Shown here: piece by piece, positions 48,044 to 60,723 of the stretch
How positions within the stretch are numbered: position 1 is the stretch's first letter
Layout of the letters: every line of letters begins with the position of its first letter
Assembly (NCBI GenBank): GCA_024679065.1
Contig: JAGIQG010000022.1
Location: 35,898,001-35,962,000 of the forward strand
Direction: 5' to 3'
DNA from: Sphyrna mokarran
Taxonomy: Eukaryota
Length of the DNA: 64,000 nt
Translations under genes and position numbers: made by a program
The notes under the pieces: generated by a model
Database searches by the model: none
What the model saw: only the letters and a program-made list of their open reading frames with translations
Told to the model about the DNA's origin: nothing

Positions 48044-48803
48044 CAGCTGTTTCTCCTCCAGCAGTGGACACCTGTGCTACCTCCCTGATTTTTATCTTGG
48101 ACACTCAGGTTTATGAATGTGAGGATCCGGAAAATGGGAAGTGGGGAGGTTCCCTGGACTGGCCTGTTGCTTCTGATGCAGGCAGCATGTCACCTTGTGT
48201 TGTCTGCCTGGGTTAGAGTGAGCAGTCAGTGCTCACTTGGTTACTGAGTGCCTGCATCATCTCTGCAGAGGGACCACAAAATGCGAGGAGCTAACACCCA
48301 TCAAAGGTAAAATAGAAAAAACAAGGATGCACAGTCCTGGAGAGAGTCCTCGGAGGCAGGTGCTGCCAGATCCACTCAACATTTTAAACTTATTTAATTC
48401 TAGTTCAGATTTCCCATATTTTGTATCAGTTAAAGCTAGGCTGCCCATCTTAAAGGCGCTTGGACCTTGTAAAGGAGAAGGAGATTGTGGACGGAATGGG
48501 TGCGGCGGAGGGGTGGTAGATGGGGGATGGGCTCACCTTTTACAGGACCAAAAACGCCCACAGCTGGAAAGGGCTGTGAAATTCCACTGTGTAGCTGGAG
48601 TGAGTGTTTAAAGTCAATCTAAAACTGACTCTGCCCTGAGAAGGACACAATAATTACACACCACAAGACAGAGAATTTCCTCCACTATGATATATATATT
48701 ATAAATATTGAACTATTTGAAAAGAACACTTTACTAATCCAGGACTCTGGATGTCAGTAGCTACTGCATTTGCAAAGGATATATCAGCTTTATGAAGACA
48801 CAG

Positions 48804-49690
48804 AGGGCAGAATCTTCCCCTCAGTACACAGAAGTGCTGGCTGAGGCAAGGAAACTGGCTGTACGGCTGCACAGCTGAGTTTTCTCTCCAGATGCTCTGT
48901 GCTTTATGGTATTCACCATTACTGTAGCAGGCCAGGGCATGAGAGAGCCAGCAACTCAGCTCTGCACCAATTGGGGTGCCATCTTTACAGAGTACCCTGA
49001 TCTGCAATAAAAATAAACTCAACCCTCCGTCCATCCCTGAGGACATGGCAGACCATCCCATATAAGGATCAGAGTGCCCCTCACCTCATACAAATATTGC
49101 TTCCACAAGCATTGTGATGCCCCCTCCTCACTACAAGCATTGGACATATCCACGACTACCACCCCCCACCCTCACCCCCCCCAACCAAGGAGATAGGGGA
49201 CTACCCCACAAGCAACAGGGTGTCCTTGCCCCTGTACAAAAATCACCCCCACCCCCATTCAAGCATTGGGGGCAGCCTCCTTACAAGAATTGAGTATGCC
49301 CCCTACATAGAGGCCACTGCCTGGACATGTCACTCTCAGAAATCAGAAGTATCGCTCCTCCCCCACCCGCGCAAGCATTGGGGCATGTCGTCTACACAGG
49401 GGCCAGTGCTCGGACATTGTCACCCCAGGAGCTTCAGGTTTTTAAAAACTTGTTGTAGATGTCACATTGGTGAGGCATAAGTATTCAGTGAGAGGATACC
49501 ATATTGTGGAGAGGCTTTATAATGACATAAATTTATTGAAACGAGGGTCTGTCCTTTTTGTGTGGAAATCTCATTGTGTCACAGGTAAGGGAATGTGAAA
49601 AATCGGGAAATGAGATCTAGCTGGCAAGATTCTCATTTCCCAAATGTTGCCAGATTTTGGGCCTGTGTTGCCATTTATGCAGACAGTGTG
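48804..49690. mobile_element. Non-autonomous Harbinger-like element
   Basis: Starts GGGCAGAATCTTCCC. The C-rich interior has repeated ACAAGCATTGG units. The right end is uncertain. Confidence 0.45.
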
Positions 49691-50433
49691 CAGAGGGACA
49701 GAAGAGCATAGCTTTTCTACTAAAACCTCTCTCATCAAAGTTGATATGTTTATGGCTTGAAAATTCACCAGAAGACCTCATTGCTGCAAACAAAGGGTTA
49801 TTAGAGAATTCCAAATCGACAGCACTGTCTCACGGAGAAAAGTGAATCTAAAAGCTGTGACTGCTTCAGTGAGAAACCTATCGTGCAAAATGACTCTTCA
49901 GCTGTAAAAAGCATCTGGACAATCTGAGAACGGCTTTTTCACTGACTTCACTTTTTACTTGGCCAAGTTTTAAAATCTGTGAGGTTTTCATCATTTTTTG
50001 TACATTTGGTTAGGGCGGGTAGGGGGTGTTATTGGAATGCGTGCCTTATATTATTGGGAAGTTGGATATATGCATACATTTTAAACCATTTTATTAATGA
50101 TTTCTATTGATCCTATCCAAGAATATATTCTCGTGTCTCTGAATCCACAATCTTCTGACTGAAAAGTGAGATCACTACTGACTGAGCCAAGGCTGATATG
50201 AACAGATTGAGAAATGTGTTTGGTGAAAAGCATAACAGGCCAATTTATTAGATAAAAGACTTTGTGCTAAAAAATAACATTTTTGTTTTGTATGATGGCT
50301 AGTTATTTGCTTTTTAATTGCTGAATAAACTCCTGGAATAATTTAAACTCTCATTGTCCCTGTTATTTTGTAAGGCAGAGATAAAGTTGAGAGGCAGGGA
50401 TAAATTTCCCATCCACAGATGCTGTCAGACCTA

Positions 50434-50835
50434 GAGTCATAGAAGTTTACAGCATGGAAACAGGCCTTTTGGCCAACTTGTTCATGCTGCCCTTTTTTTC
50501 AACCACTAAGTTAGTCAGAATTGCCCATATTTGGCCCATATCCCTCTATACCCATCTTACCCAATATATGTCTAAATGCTTTTTAAAAGACAAATTTTAC
50601 CCAACTTTACTGCTATTTCTGGCAGCTTGTTCCAGACACTCCCCATTCTCTGTGTAAAAAGACTGCCTGTCTGGACCCTTTTGACTTCTCCCCTCTCACT
50701 TTAAACTTATTCCCTCCAGTTGCAGACTCCCCTACCTTTGGGAGAAGATGTTGACTATCTATCTTATCTATACCCTTCATTATTTTATAGACCTCTATAA
50801 GATCACTGCTCAGCCTTCTACACTCCAGGGAAAAT
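50434..50835 (-). mobile_element. CR1 LINE 3' end inserted in a Penelope-like terminal fragment (50412-50910)
   Basis: Antisense AGAGTCATAGAAGTTTACAGCATGGAAACAGGCC... The flanks TCCACAGATGCTGTCAGACCT and TGTTAAGTATTTCC...GATTTCCAGCAATTACAGT join as family 1. Confidence 0.75.
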
Positions 50836-51280
50836 AAGTCTTGTTAAGTATTTCCACCACTTCCTATTTTTACTTTAGATTTCCAGCAATTACAGTATTA
50901 TCTTTTACTTTAGTGATAAGTAGTTTAAAATAATTACCACCTTGGATTTTCTGTTAATTTTACCAATCTCTTACTAAAACCTACCCACATATCACATTGA
51001 GAGAGGTACTGAGAATGATAGGATGTGATTTCAGATACGAGAATGAGCCTGAAAGATCCAACAGTACACCTATCATGACATCCACCTCAGGGAGAGTATC
51101 ATGTTTAATAACAAACCTAGAAGCTAAAAAGGTGGTTTGTCATTTGTGTTGCTGAGGCACATTGCTCCTGTGTGTAATATATAATATTTGATCTTGTAAA
51201 TTTGTCTTGTATGTTAACCTGCTCCTGTAATTGTGCATTTTATTTTATCACTGAGAATCTAAGCAAACGAACTATCAAGA

Positions 51281-51596
51281 TTTTTTATTCATGGGGTGTG
51301 GGCATCGCTGCCTGGGCCAACATTTATTGCCCATCCCTGAGGGGACATCTCAGCACATTGTTGTGGGTCTGAAGTCACATATAGGCCAGTCCAGGCAAGG
51401 ACAACAGATTTCCTTCCCTAAAGGACATTAGAGAACCAGATGCATTTTTACAACAATCGATAACGGTTTTGTCACTTATCAACTATTAATTCCAGATTCC
51501 TGTTGAATTCAAATGTCTCCATCTGCCGTGGTGGGATTCAAACCAGGGTTCCTGGAGCATTACCAATGATAATACCACAAAACCGCTGTCTCCCCA
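51281..51596 (-). mobile_element. tRNA-SINE family 2
   Basis: Antisense copy ending ATACCACAAAACCGCTGTCTCCCC. Confidence 0.85.
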
Positions 51597-52329
51597 CGAT
51601 CAGAAAACAAAATGGGGTAACAAAATGGGCTATTCATCTAAACTAGCTAGCTGATGAGGAAACTAGTTAAGCCAGACCTGGGTATTAAACGTTAATGAGT
51701 GTAAGAGGAAGCACAGCCTCAGGGAGGTAGGCCTTCCTCTTAATGAAGTAGAATAGAAAACAAAGACATTGATAAAAATCAGCCTAATCTGTTGGGACAG
51801 TGGACCTGTGCATTCATCATCACTTCATTCCAGCTCACAAAGCAATCCAATGTCAACTGCTACTTCAACTGAAATTTCAATCATTGCAGGACTGTCTCAT
51901 CAGTCATGGACTTTCTTTTATTCCACAACATTTATAGTAATGGGGCTTTGCATTCCTCATCATTTCTAAAACCTGAAAGAACTTGAGGAGCTTATGTATG
52001 CTAATTTATGCAAACATATGCTCAAGTAAACAGATTTAAATATAGTGGTGTCCCAGGATCATTGGAGATTGGATTGATCTCCCACAGGATGGTATAATTC
52101 AATCCAAACTGGTAGTTTTGTTTAAGTGTATTTTAATTCACATTACTAACACCAAGAATAAATTAGTCAGCACTAATCATACAGTCAGTCTCAGCAGCGT
52201 CTGGATCTTTCCTTCATTTTCTCTCTCAACAAATTTAATTGAAGCAGGAACAGTACTCAAAATGTTCAAGAAATCGGAAACTTTGTTATTCTTTACTGGA
52301 TTTCAGCATTATTGATAAGATAGCCAATG

Positions 52330-52567
52330 TGACACAGTGATTAGCACTGCTGCCTCATAGCGCCAGAGACCTGGGTTTGATTCTCGACTTGAGTATGTGT
52401 GGATTTCCTCTTATTTCCTCCCACTGTCCAAAAAACAGTGCTGGTTAGGTCATTGGCCATGCTAAATTCTCCCTCTCCTAAATAGGCATCTGTGTGTGGC
52501 CACTAGGAGATTTTCACAGTAACTTCATTGCAGTATTAGTGTAAGCCTACTAATAAACAAACTTTTA
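52330..52567 (+). mobile_element. HE1-like V-SINE, tail type B, internally deleted
   Basis: GTGACACAGTGATTAGCACTGCTGCCTC...TTTTCACAGTAACTTCATTGCAGT...ACTAATAAAC. Confidence 0.8.
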
Positions 52568-53259
52568 AAAAAACATTTGTTGCTTTTGAGAAGCTGGCGA
52601 TGAATCACTTTTGGGATCATTTCAGCTCCTGTGGTGTAGGTATACCCACAGCGCTGTTAAGGAAGCAGTTCCAGGATTTTGAATCTTAAAGCAATGAAAT
52701 GACAATCTATTTTCAGCTCTGATGGTTTGTGACATGGTGGGGGATATTGGAGATGGTGAAGTTTTCAATTCTTCTATCCCGTCCTTCTAAATGGTAGAGG
52801 TCATAGTTCCGGGAGGTGCTGTCAAAGAAGAGTTGGTGAAATGTTGCAGCAAGCTGAAAATTGGAAATGTTTTGACATCCTGTTCTGCCCTGCTCTCCCC
52901 TTGTGAACATACAGCCCACTGTAACTGAGATATTATTGAACAAGGGTTGGTGTTCTGACAGTACCTCTCGCAAGCAACCATTTTCCTGTATGAGAGTTGA
53001 AAGTGAGTATCCACTCACAACTAAGCGCATCACAACTAAGTGGATCTTTATTCTCATCTGATTCCCATGTGAGCAGGAATGTTAGCTTGCTTTTGATTTT
53101 GTAGATAGCACTGAGTTAAATGTAGCCATTGAAGTGTCACGGTGACCCAATCTAATCAGTGCAGATTGCAATAGTGGGGAAGTCTCCTGGTGTGGAGGAG
53201 TTCAATGCACAGCCAACCTTCAAACCAGCAGTGACCTTCCTAAGGTCACTGCTTGTTTG

Positions 53260-53359
53260 GATGTGGAGATGTGGAGCTGGACTGTGGTAAATACAGCAAG
53301 AAGTCTCACAACACCAGGTTAAAGTCCAACAGGTTTATTTGGTAGCAAATGCCACTAGC
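53260..53359 (-). mobile_element. Penelope-like terminal repeat (family 2), 5' truncated
   Basis: Reverse complement GCTAGTGGCATTTGCTACCAAATAAACCTGTTGGACTTTAACCTGGTGTTGTGAGACTTCTT matches 10637-10737. Confidence 0.75.
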
Positions 53360-54285
53360 CACAGACAAAGAACAATCCTACTTTATCTCTTTCTCCAGGT
53401 ACATTGTGATCACACATATTTCCAATCATGATAAAGTCAAACTTATGACTTTGGAATGATGAATCCAAATACAAGAACAACTTATTGTTTCCTTTCAACT
53501 CCATTCCTCTTTGCATTACAATCAGGGATGTGGTTAACTCAAAATAGGTTCATACTTACTGAGATGGAAAGAACAACACAAACACATCAGGCAATTGCCC
53601 TACAGCCATGTGTCTATTATTGGAAAAGGCATATTTTAAATGCACTGTGCTTTTAATGTGATCAGATAGAAAATGGAAGTGAATTCCTTTGTCATTCCAG
53701 AGGCTGGGTCATTAGCAGAATGATTTTGTTTGCACAAACAAACAAATTTAAAAACATCATGTTGGTCTGGATTATCATTCCCAAGGCAGATAGCTGGTAT
53801 CTGAAAAATTCCATACACTGCCTGTCCAGTGTCAGGACATTTTCTCACAAGAATGGGATTGAAGGATTATCATCCTCTGGGCAGGGGTTGGAGTGGGGAT
53901 GGGGAGAGGGTGGTGGGTGTACTGGGGCTGTGGGTAGGGGTGGATGGCAATGATTTTGGGCTACAGGTGGACCAGCCCAGCTCAGGAAAGTGTTTGGAGG
54001 CAGCCATGGGGCTGGGGCTGCTGAATGCTCACTCACTCCCTCCCCCACACAAACATTCTCCATATCCCACCCATGTCCACATCCATCCCACCTGTAACTC
54101 CTCATATGCCCTCTACTAACCTCAGGGACCCATATCCATTCATCCAATATATTGAACACAAGAAATGAACAGTTAGTGACAGCAGCATGTGTGAAAAAAG
54201 CAAATAAAATAGTCATTTCCCACTTTCGTAAATAAGAATTTCTTTTTAGTACTGCCCAAAATAGTCAATTATCCACATAACCTAA

Positions 54286-55225
54286 GGGCCTGATTTCCCC
54301 CCAAAATATTTTAAGTGCTAAATTGGTGGGAAAGCTGTGCTTAAGCTCAGGGGATGCACATGCACAGAGGCCCCAATCTGTCAGCCTCTTGTTTGTTGGG
54401 ACCCTGGCAGTACTGATCCGACAACTCCCTCCTCACAGCCCAATCGTGAACCACACCACCATTCTCAGGGTAGCCCTGACCACCTGCACTCTGGAGCAAC
54501 CGCACCCTCCTGCCCCCCCCCGCCCCTCACCCTGCATCAGCAGCGATGATCCCACCCTTGGTAGACCCCCCTCTATTAAGCAGACCTTCCCCCTCTCTGG
54601 CAGGCAGATCCCCCTGGCAAGAAGACCCCACCCCCTTCCTTCCAGAGGTAGAGCCTGCCCGACAGGCAGATCCCCACCACTAGCCCTCTTCAATCATTGG
54701 CTTCCCTTCAGCCCGACCAATCCCAGTACAGAGCGTCAGCAGGACCTCTGCCTCCACTGATTTCCCCTTAACTCCGCTCCCTAGTCGCCACTTTGCACTG
54801 CCAAATGGTTGGTGGGAAGTGCCAAAGTGGGCATTAGCACTTTGCCCCTTGAGCAATGCCCGAGGGCACCACCCCGTCATCACCTGACCCCCTGGGAGCC
54901 CCAATTGCCCACCTTTCATTCCAGTGGGGTCTCCTGATATTTCCCCAAATATGGGAAAATATATGAAGTATTCCTGGTGTGGTGGGAGATGTTATCAGGC
55001 CTGGAGAATTCAATCCCAGGCCCAATAATGACATTTAAATTACATGAAAAATAGATTAAAATCATTTACCTTGTCGTCCCACTGATTTCCAGCATGGTCC
55101 CGACTGTGCCTGCTCTCTGCCTGTGGGAGACGTGCATGCATTGTATCCCACAAAATGGCCGACATGCGCATCTCCTAACCCAACACGTCAGAAAACGTGT
55201 GCATCAGGATGGGAGAATAAGGCCC
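54286..55225. mobile_element. Non-autonomous PIF/Harbinger element
   Basis: TIRs GGGCCTGATTTCCC / GGGAGAATAAGGCCC with a perfect TAA TSD (54283-54285 and 55226-55228), the typical Harbinger TWA target. Confidence 0.8.
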
Positions 55226-55304
55226 TAAATGTTCAAAAGCTGAAATATAAAGCATTTCTAACCTCTTTATCTCGTATAAATGAACATTGTTTGATTGATA
55301 GCAT

Positions 55305-55596
55305 GATATCCGAGCCTTTTTTCTCAGATGGAGACATAGCTTTAAATTAAGGGGTGGTAGTTATAGGACGGATGTTAGAGGTGGGTTCTTTACTCAGAGG
55401 GTAGTAAGGGTGTAGAATGCCCTGCCTGCAGCAGTTGTGTTCTTGTCAAGTTTAAGGGCGTTCAAATGGTCAGTGGATAGGCATATGGATAGCATTGGAA
55501 TAGTTTAGGTTAGAGAGTCATTAGATTGGTTCCATTGGTCGGCGCAACATCGAGGGCCGAAGGGCCTGTACTCTGCTGTAATGTTCTATGTTCTAT
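55305..55596 (+). mobile_element. CR1 3' end, same subfamily as 18391-19522
   Basis: TTTAAATTAAGGGGTGGTAGTTATAGGACGGATG...ATTGGAATAGTTTAGGTTAGAG...AATGTTCTATGTTCTATG. Confidence 0.9.
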
Positions 55597-56914
55597 GGAT
55601 CAGAGAGGTAAAGCTGTCAAGCAAAGTTTTCTTTGTGGCTTAGCTGATTTAGTATTGTAATGAATATTTGGACTTTTAGCCAAGAATGCATATTAAGACT
55701 TAGCTGAAAGCCCAGAAATCCATTGTTCTGTCGAGCCCCAGAGAAAATATTGCTTGACTGATACCTTTGGCTCTTTGATATTTGCTGTTGGTGGTGTAAT
55801 GTTTAATTATACTAAGTTATGAGGTTTCTATGCTTGCAGTTTCAGCTATTAAAGTATTCATTGCCCTGTACTTTTTTTAACGTGGTGAAAATTTATGAAT
55901 GATGACAGTTTTTAAAGCCTTTTATGTATTGTGGATCAAAGTGTTTCAAAGGCATCACAACTTGACATGTTGGATCATGGAGGGGAGAGTAGAAGCGCAG
56001 GACTTGGTTTCGGGGGCATGAGAAGCTACTGAGATGAGTGGAAGGCCATAGTTTGGCATAGATGGAGAAAGATGGGGATTGGTGGAGAGGTATAATTGGA
56101 CACAAGGGGCATGACGAGGACATTTTGAATTGAGCTTTCAAGAGATACCCTCATGCAGACTACAGTTCACGAGACACTCTGAGATGTTGTGAACCAGAGG
56201 TTGTAAAAAGCTAGTATAATTTCATGTAAGCCTGAGTGTGAGGTCACAGACCAAGACTTGGGACCCACCAGCTATTTGTAATGGGCTCTCAAATCATCAC
56301 AGCTTCTTGAAAATTCAGGTGGACATGTAAGATTGTGAAATGTTACAGCATTTTAGAATGTTTTTTATTATAACTCTCATTCAAATGAGACATTGCTTAC
56401 AGTTTTATTCCAATGTTGTGATTTATTGCTTTAAGGCATTGTTTTAATAGCTTACCTTTGCACAATTACATGGTTTCGTAGCCTAATTTGTAACCCCAGG
56501 GTTTTCTGACAACCTTCATTTCTTAAACCATAAAAACAAAGGCATTTAAATTGATGATGTACATTGCACTGTGAATAGAGCTTTACTAACAACATCAAAC
56601 AACTTAGAAATGAAACCTTTCATTATTGATTAATATGTGAATTTCATTTTTTATTCTGTTCAATTTTGTATTTTTTATTAACTTTTTCTCCATGTTGAAT
56701 ATGTTTTCAACACTTCCTTTTCTATGGAGAGAGAACTGGAACTCAAATTCAGACACAAGAGATGTAATTTCCAACATTTAATCTCTCCCCCTGTTTCTCA
56801 TTCCTTCTCTTTTCAAGGTTTGAAATGCTTATCAATGAAATTATTTATGTTGCATTGTGTTAGCCTCAAGCTTACAATGCAAAGTTTCTGCACAGTTTGT
56901 TTGTAAAAAATGCC

Positions 56915-57240
56915 AAGAATAACTTATATTTGTCTAGTACTTTACATTTTAAAAATGCCCCAAAGTGCTCTGAGAGACAACGAAAGAGCTTTTTGAACAG
57001 GCCAGGAGTTCGATCAAAGGGAAAGATTTTAAAGAGGGACTCAAAGGAGGAGGGGAAGATGATCAGATCAAGGCATATGGCAGAGGTGGGACTGAGGAGC
57101 CTGAGTAGAAGGAGAGCCTGGGGGAGGAGCAGCAGAGGAGAATGGAGTCAGAGAACAAAGAGCTTGGAAGGGAGAGAATTAGCCTCATGCTGCAACCTTG
57201 TCAGGAAACCTAGAATGTTAAAAACATTACTTGATTCACA
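56915..57240 (-). mobile_element. L2 LINE 3' end, decayed
   Basis: AATAACTTATATTTGTCTAGTACTTT...GCCCCAAAGTGCT, similar to 266-400. Confidence 0.5.
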
Positions 57241-57474
57241 GCTTTTTCATCTCTTTTGTCAATTGCATTATGCTTATTTATACAAGATAAAGGGTTTCAG
57301 GGTGCTTGTAGTTCCTTCTACCCATGATTTCAATCATCTGAATGATTGATGCCTGCAGCAAAGAGAGGTTTTTTAAAGAAGTGGAAAGTTATCAATGCGT
57401 GACTATACATCCTATTTTCATGATAGAGTTGGTGAGTGGATAAGGAAGTGCTTGACATCAGGTTACATATCTTA

Positions 57475-58994
57475 ACCCCAGGTTACTGTGGAGGCCAGAG
57501 AAGAGATTGCTGAACCTCTGGTAATGATCTTTGCATCGTCGATGGAGACAGGAGAGGTTCTGGAAGATTGGAGGATTGCAAATGTGGTTCCTATATTCAA
57601 GAAAGGGAATATGGATAGCCCAGGAAATAAGCGACTGGTGAGTCTAATCTCAGTGTTGGTAAGTTGATGGAGAAGATTCTGAGGGATAGGATTTATGAAT
57701 ATTTAGAGAAGTTTAGTATGCTCAATAGTAGTCAGCATGGCTTTGTCAAAGACAAAATCATACCTTACAAACTTGGTTGAGTTATTTGAAAACGTAACTA
57801 AATACATTGATGAAGGAAGAGCGGTGGATGTGATTTAAATGGACTTCAGCAAGGCATTCGATAAGGTTCCCCCATGCAAGACTTCTTAAGAAAACGAGAG
57901 GGCATGGGATCTAAGAAGTTGTTGCTTTGTGGATCCAGAACTGGCTTACCTGAAGAAGGCAGAGAGTGGTCATAGATGGGTCTTTTTCTGCATGGAGGTC
58001 AGTCACCAGTGGATGTCCCAGGAATCTGTTCTGGGACCTTGCTGTTTGTAATTTTCATAAATGAGGAAGTGGAGAGATGAGTTGGGTATTTTGCTGTTGA
58101 CACAAACATTGGTGGTGTTGTAGATAGTTTGGAGGGATGTTAGAGGTTGCAGCGTGACATAGATAGGATGCAAGGCTGGGCGGAGAAGTGGTAGATGAAC
58201 TTCAATCCGGATAAATGTGTAGTGGTCCATTTTGACAGGTCAAAAGGGATGAAGGAGTATAATATCAAGGGTAAGACTCTTTAACAGTATAGAGGATCAG
58301 AAAGACCTTGGGGTCCAATTCCATAGGACTCTTAAATCGGCCTCACAGGTAGAGAATGTGGTTAAGAAAGCGTATGGTGTACTGGCCTCATCAATCGAAG
58401 GATTGAATTTAGGAGTTGAGAGATAATGTTGCAGCTTTTAAGACCCTGGTGAGACCTCTCTTGGAATACTGTGCTCAGTTCTGGTCACCTCATTACAGGA
58501 AGGATGTGGAAGCTATTGAAAGGGTGCAGAGGAGATTTACAAGCATGTTGTCTGGATTCGGTGGCATGCTTTATGAGAATAGGTTGAGGGAGCTCAGTCT
58601 TTTCTTCTTATAGAGAGAAGAAGGATTAGAGGTGACCTGATAGAAGTGTATAAGATGTTGAGAGTATAGATTGGGTGGATTCTCAGAGGCTTTTTCCAAG
58701 GGCTGGAATGGTTGCTACGAGAGGACACAGGTTTAAGGTGCTGGGGAGTAGGTACAGAGGAGATATCAGGAGTAGGTTTTTCACTCAGAGGGTGGTGGCT
58801 GAGTGGAATTGGCTGCCGTCAGTGGTGGCGGAGGCAAATTCGATAGGGATTTTCAACAGTCTTCTGGATGAGTACATGGAACTTAATAGAATTGAGGGTT
58901 ATTGGTAGGCTTAGTAGGTATGGATATCATCAGCACAACTTGTGGGCCAAAAGACCTGTTTGTGCCGTAGATTTTCTATGTCCTATGTTCTATG
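57475..58994 (+). mobile_element. CR1 LINE, 5' truncated, with many stops and frameshifts
   Basis: EDWRIANVVPIFKKG, MDFSKAFDKV, RPLLEYCAQFWSPHYRKD, FFTQRVVAEWN. Tail CTATGTTCTATG. Confidence 0.9.
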
Positions 58995-59719
58995 ACATGG
59001 AGCATGAGGAGCTAGAAGAGATGGATTAGGGCCATAACATGACATGAAGTGGCATGAGTAGGATCTATCGAACTTATCTTTCCCACGCAGTCTATAGTCC
59101 AATATCTCTGAGATGCTGTGAAGCATGACAATTCAAAAAGCTAGCTCAGCTCCAGGAGAATTGTAAAATTCTAGGGCATACTTGTTCCCGCAATGGAGTT
59201 GGCCAGGTCAGGAATGAAATGTGTGAGATTATGACCAGAATCAGCCTGCATCTTTAAGAGGCTCTATTGCAGCTTAAAAAGCTAGGAATGGAGTCTGGAA
59301 TCCTGATATCATGTCCTAAGCTCCATGTTGATCCCTTCACAGAGTCTGCTATGAAAATCCAGCCTTGAGTCTCAGTTTGTTCTGAGGGAAGCCAGTAACT
59401 CACACATATCTGCAAGTTCTTCAGCTATGTAATATTGCTTCTAAAAATCCTCAATAATTAAGCCTAAATACTTTGTGTTAACCAATCTCTTATACCTAGC
59501 TTGTGCTTTGATGTCTTATTTACTAAGTAAGCACAAACAGAAGTAAAACGAAGACTACAATGCCAGAAGTGTAGAAGTTTTCATTGTTGCATACACCATA
59601 CGCAACATGGTACCAGTACTAGAGGAAGAATGTGGTAAACAGAACAGAAATCCAAAGTTTTAAAGTATTCAATGAATGGCAAGTCTGTGGTCTCTAATGG
59701 TCTGTGCTTTTAGCAGTCA

Positions 59720-60030
59720 GAGGAGGCAGTGGCGTCATGGTATTATCATTGGATTGGTAATACTTTGGGAACATGGGTTCAAATCCCATATGGCAGATGG
59801 TAAAATTTGAATTGAATGAAAATCTGATGACCATGAAACCAGTGTTGATTGTTATAAAAGCCTATCTGGTCCACTAATGTTCTTTGGCAAAGGAAATCTG
59901 CTGTCCTTGTCTGGTCTATCCCACATGTGATTGCCAGTCTACAGCAATATGATTGACTTTAAATGTTCCTTTATAAAGGATAGGCAGTAGATGCTGGTCT
60001 TGTCAGCAATGCTTGCATCCCATTAAAAAA
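59720..60030 (+). mobile_element. tRNA-SINE family 2
   Basis: GGAGGCAGTGGCGTCATGGT...GGGTTCAAATCCCATATGGCAGATGG...GGAAATCTGCTGTCCTTG. Confidence 0.8.
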
Positions 60031-60169
60031 TTAAAGAATGGCAAGGTTCACCACCAGGCAATGCTTAGATGGGAAAGGTGAGTCGCTGATCTGTGGACCA
60101 CATCCATCTCGGGCAGGGAAGATCTAGAAAAGTCAATCAAGATTTTTCTCAAATTGACCTGGTGAATTC

Positions 60170-60720
60170 TTCTGATCAAAAGCATTAGCAATGCAATAAT
60201 AGACAATGAGAGACGTTAGGTTGCAGATATTCTGAAAATGGTGATTGATGGATGGCCAAACCGTACTCAGCATCTCCGTGAGCCTGTGAGATAGTTTTCT
60301 ACTTAACGGGATGAGCTCGGCCTATAGGGGGGAGTCAGCCTTAAAAACAAACAGGTAATCAGACTGGAATCATTGTCATGTGACAGACTTTAGCAAATTC
60401 ATCAGTCACATGTTAACACTGATCATTCCAGAAGATGAATAATAGCGACGGTATGCTCACCAGCTGTGAAAAATGACTTTGACGTCATAGTGCGAGGCAT
60501 ATCAGAAAAATGTGCTAAATCAGCAGAAAAACCACTTCTACCACAAAATGTTCCTACTCACCCTTCAGCAAAGATTGCTTTTGACTTCTTCCATATCTGT
60601 GAGAATAATTTCTTAGTTGCCACTGATTATTTTTTTAAATATCTTGTCACCTGTCAATTGCACAATATGTCAAGCACAACTACAGAGCACATTCTTTGTC
60701 TATTTTAGGAACTCAAAGAG
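60170..60720 (+). pseudogene. Ty3/Gypsy retrotransposon pol remnant (RNaseH-integrase linker, HHCC region, integrase start)
   Basis: VIDGWP...RDEL...QIHQSH...KPLLPQNVPTHPSAKIAFDFF...FLVATDYFFKY, with stops. Confidence 0.75.
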
Positions 60721-60723
60721 ATA

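Noticed and set aside
51641-51670. CTGATGAGGAAAC hammerhead-like core
   Set aside because: Only one base lies between CUGAUGA and GAAA, so no stem II is possible. It is not part of either repeat family.
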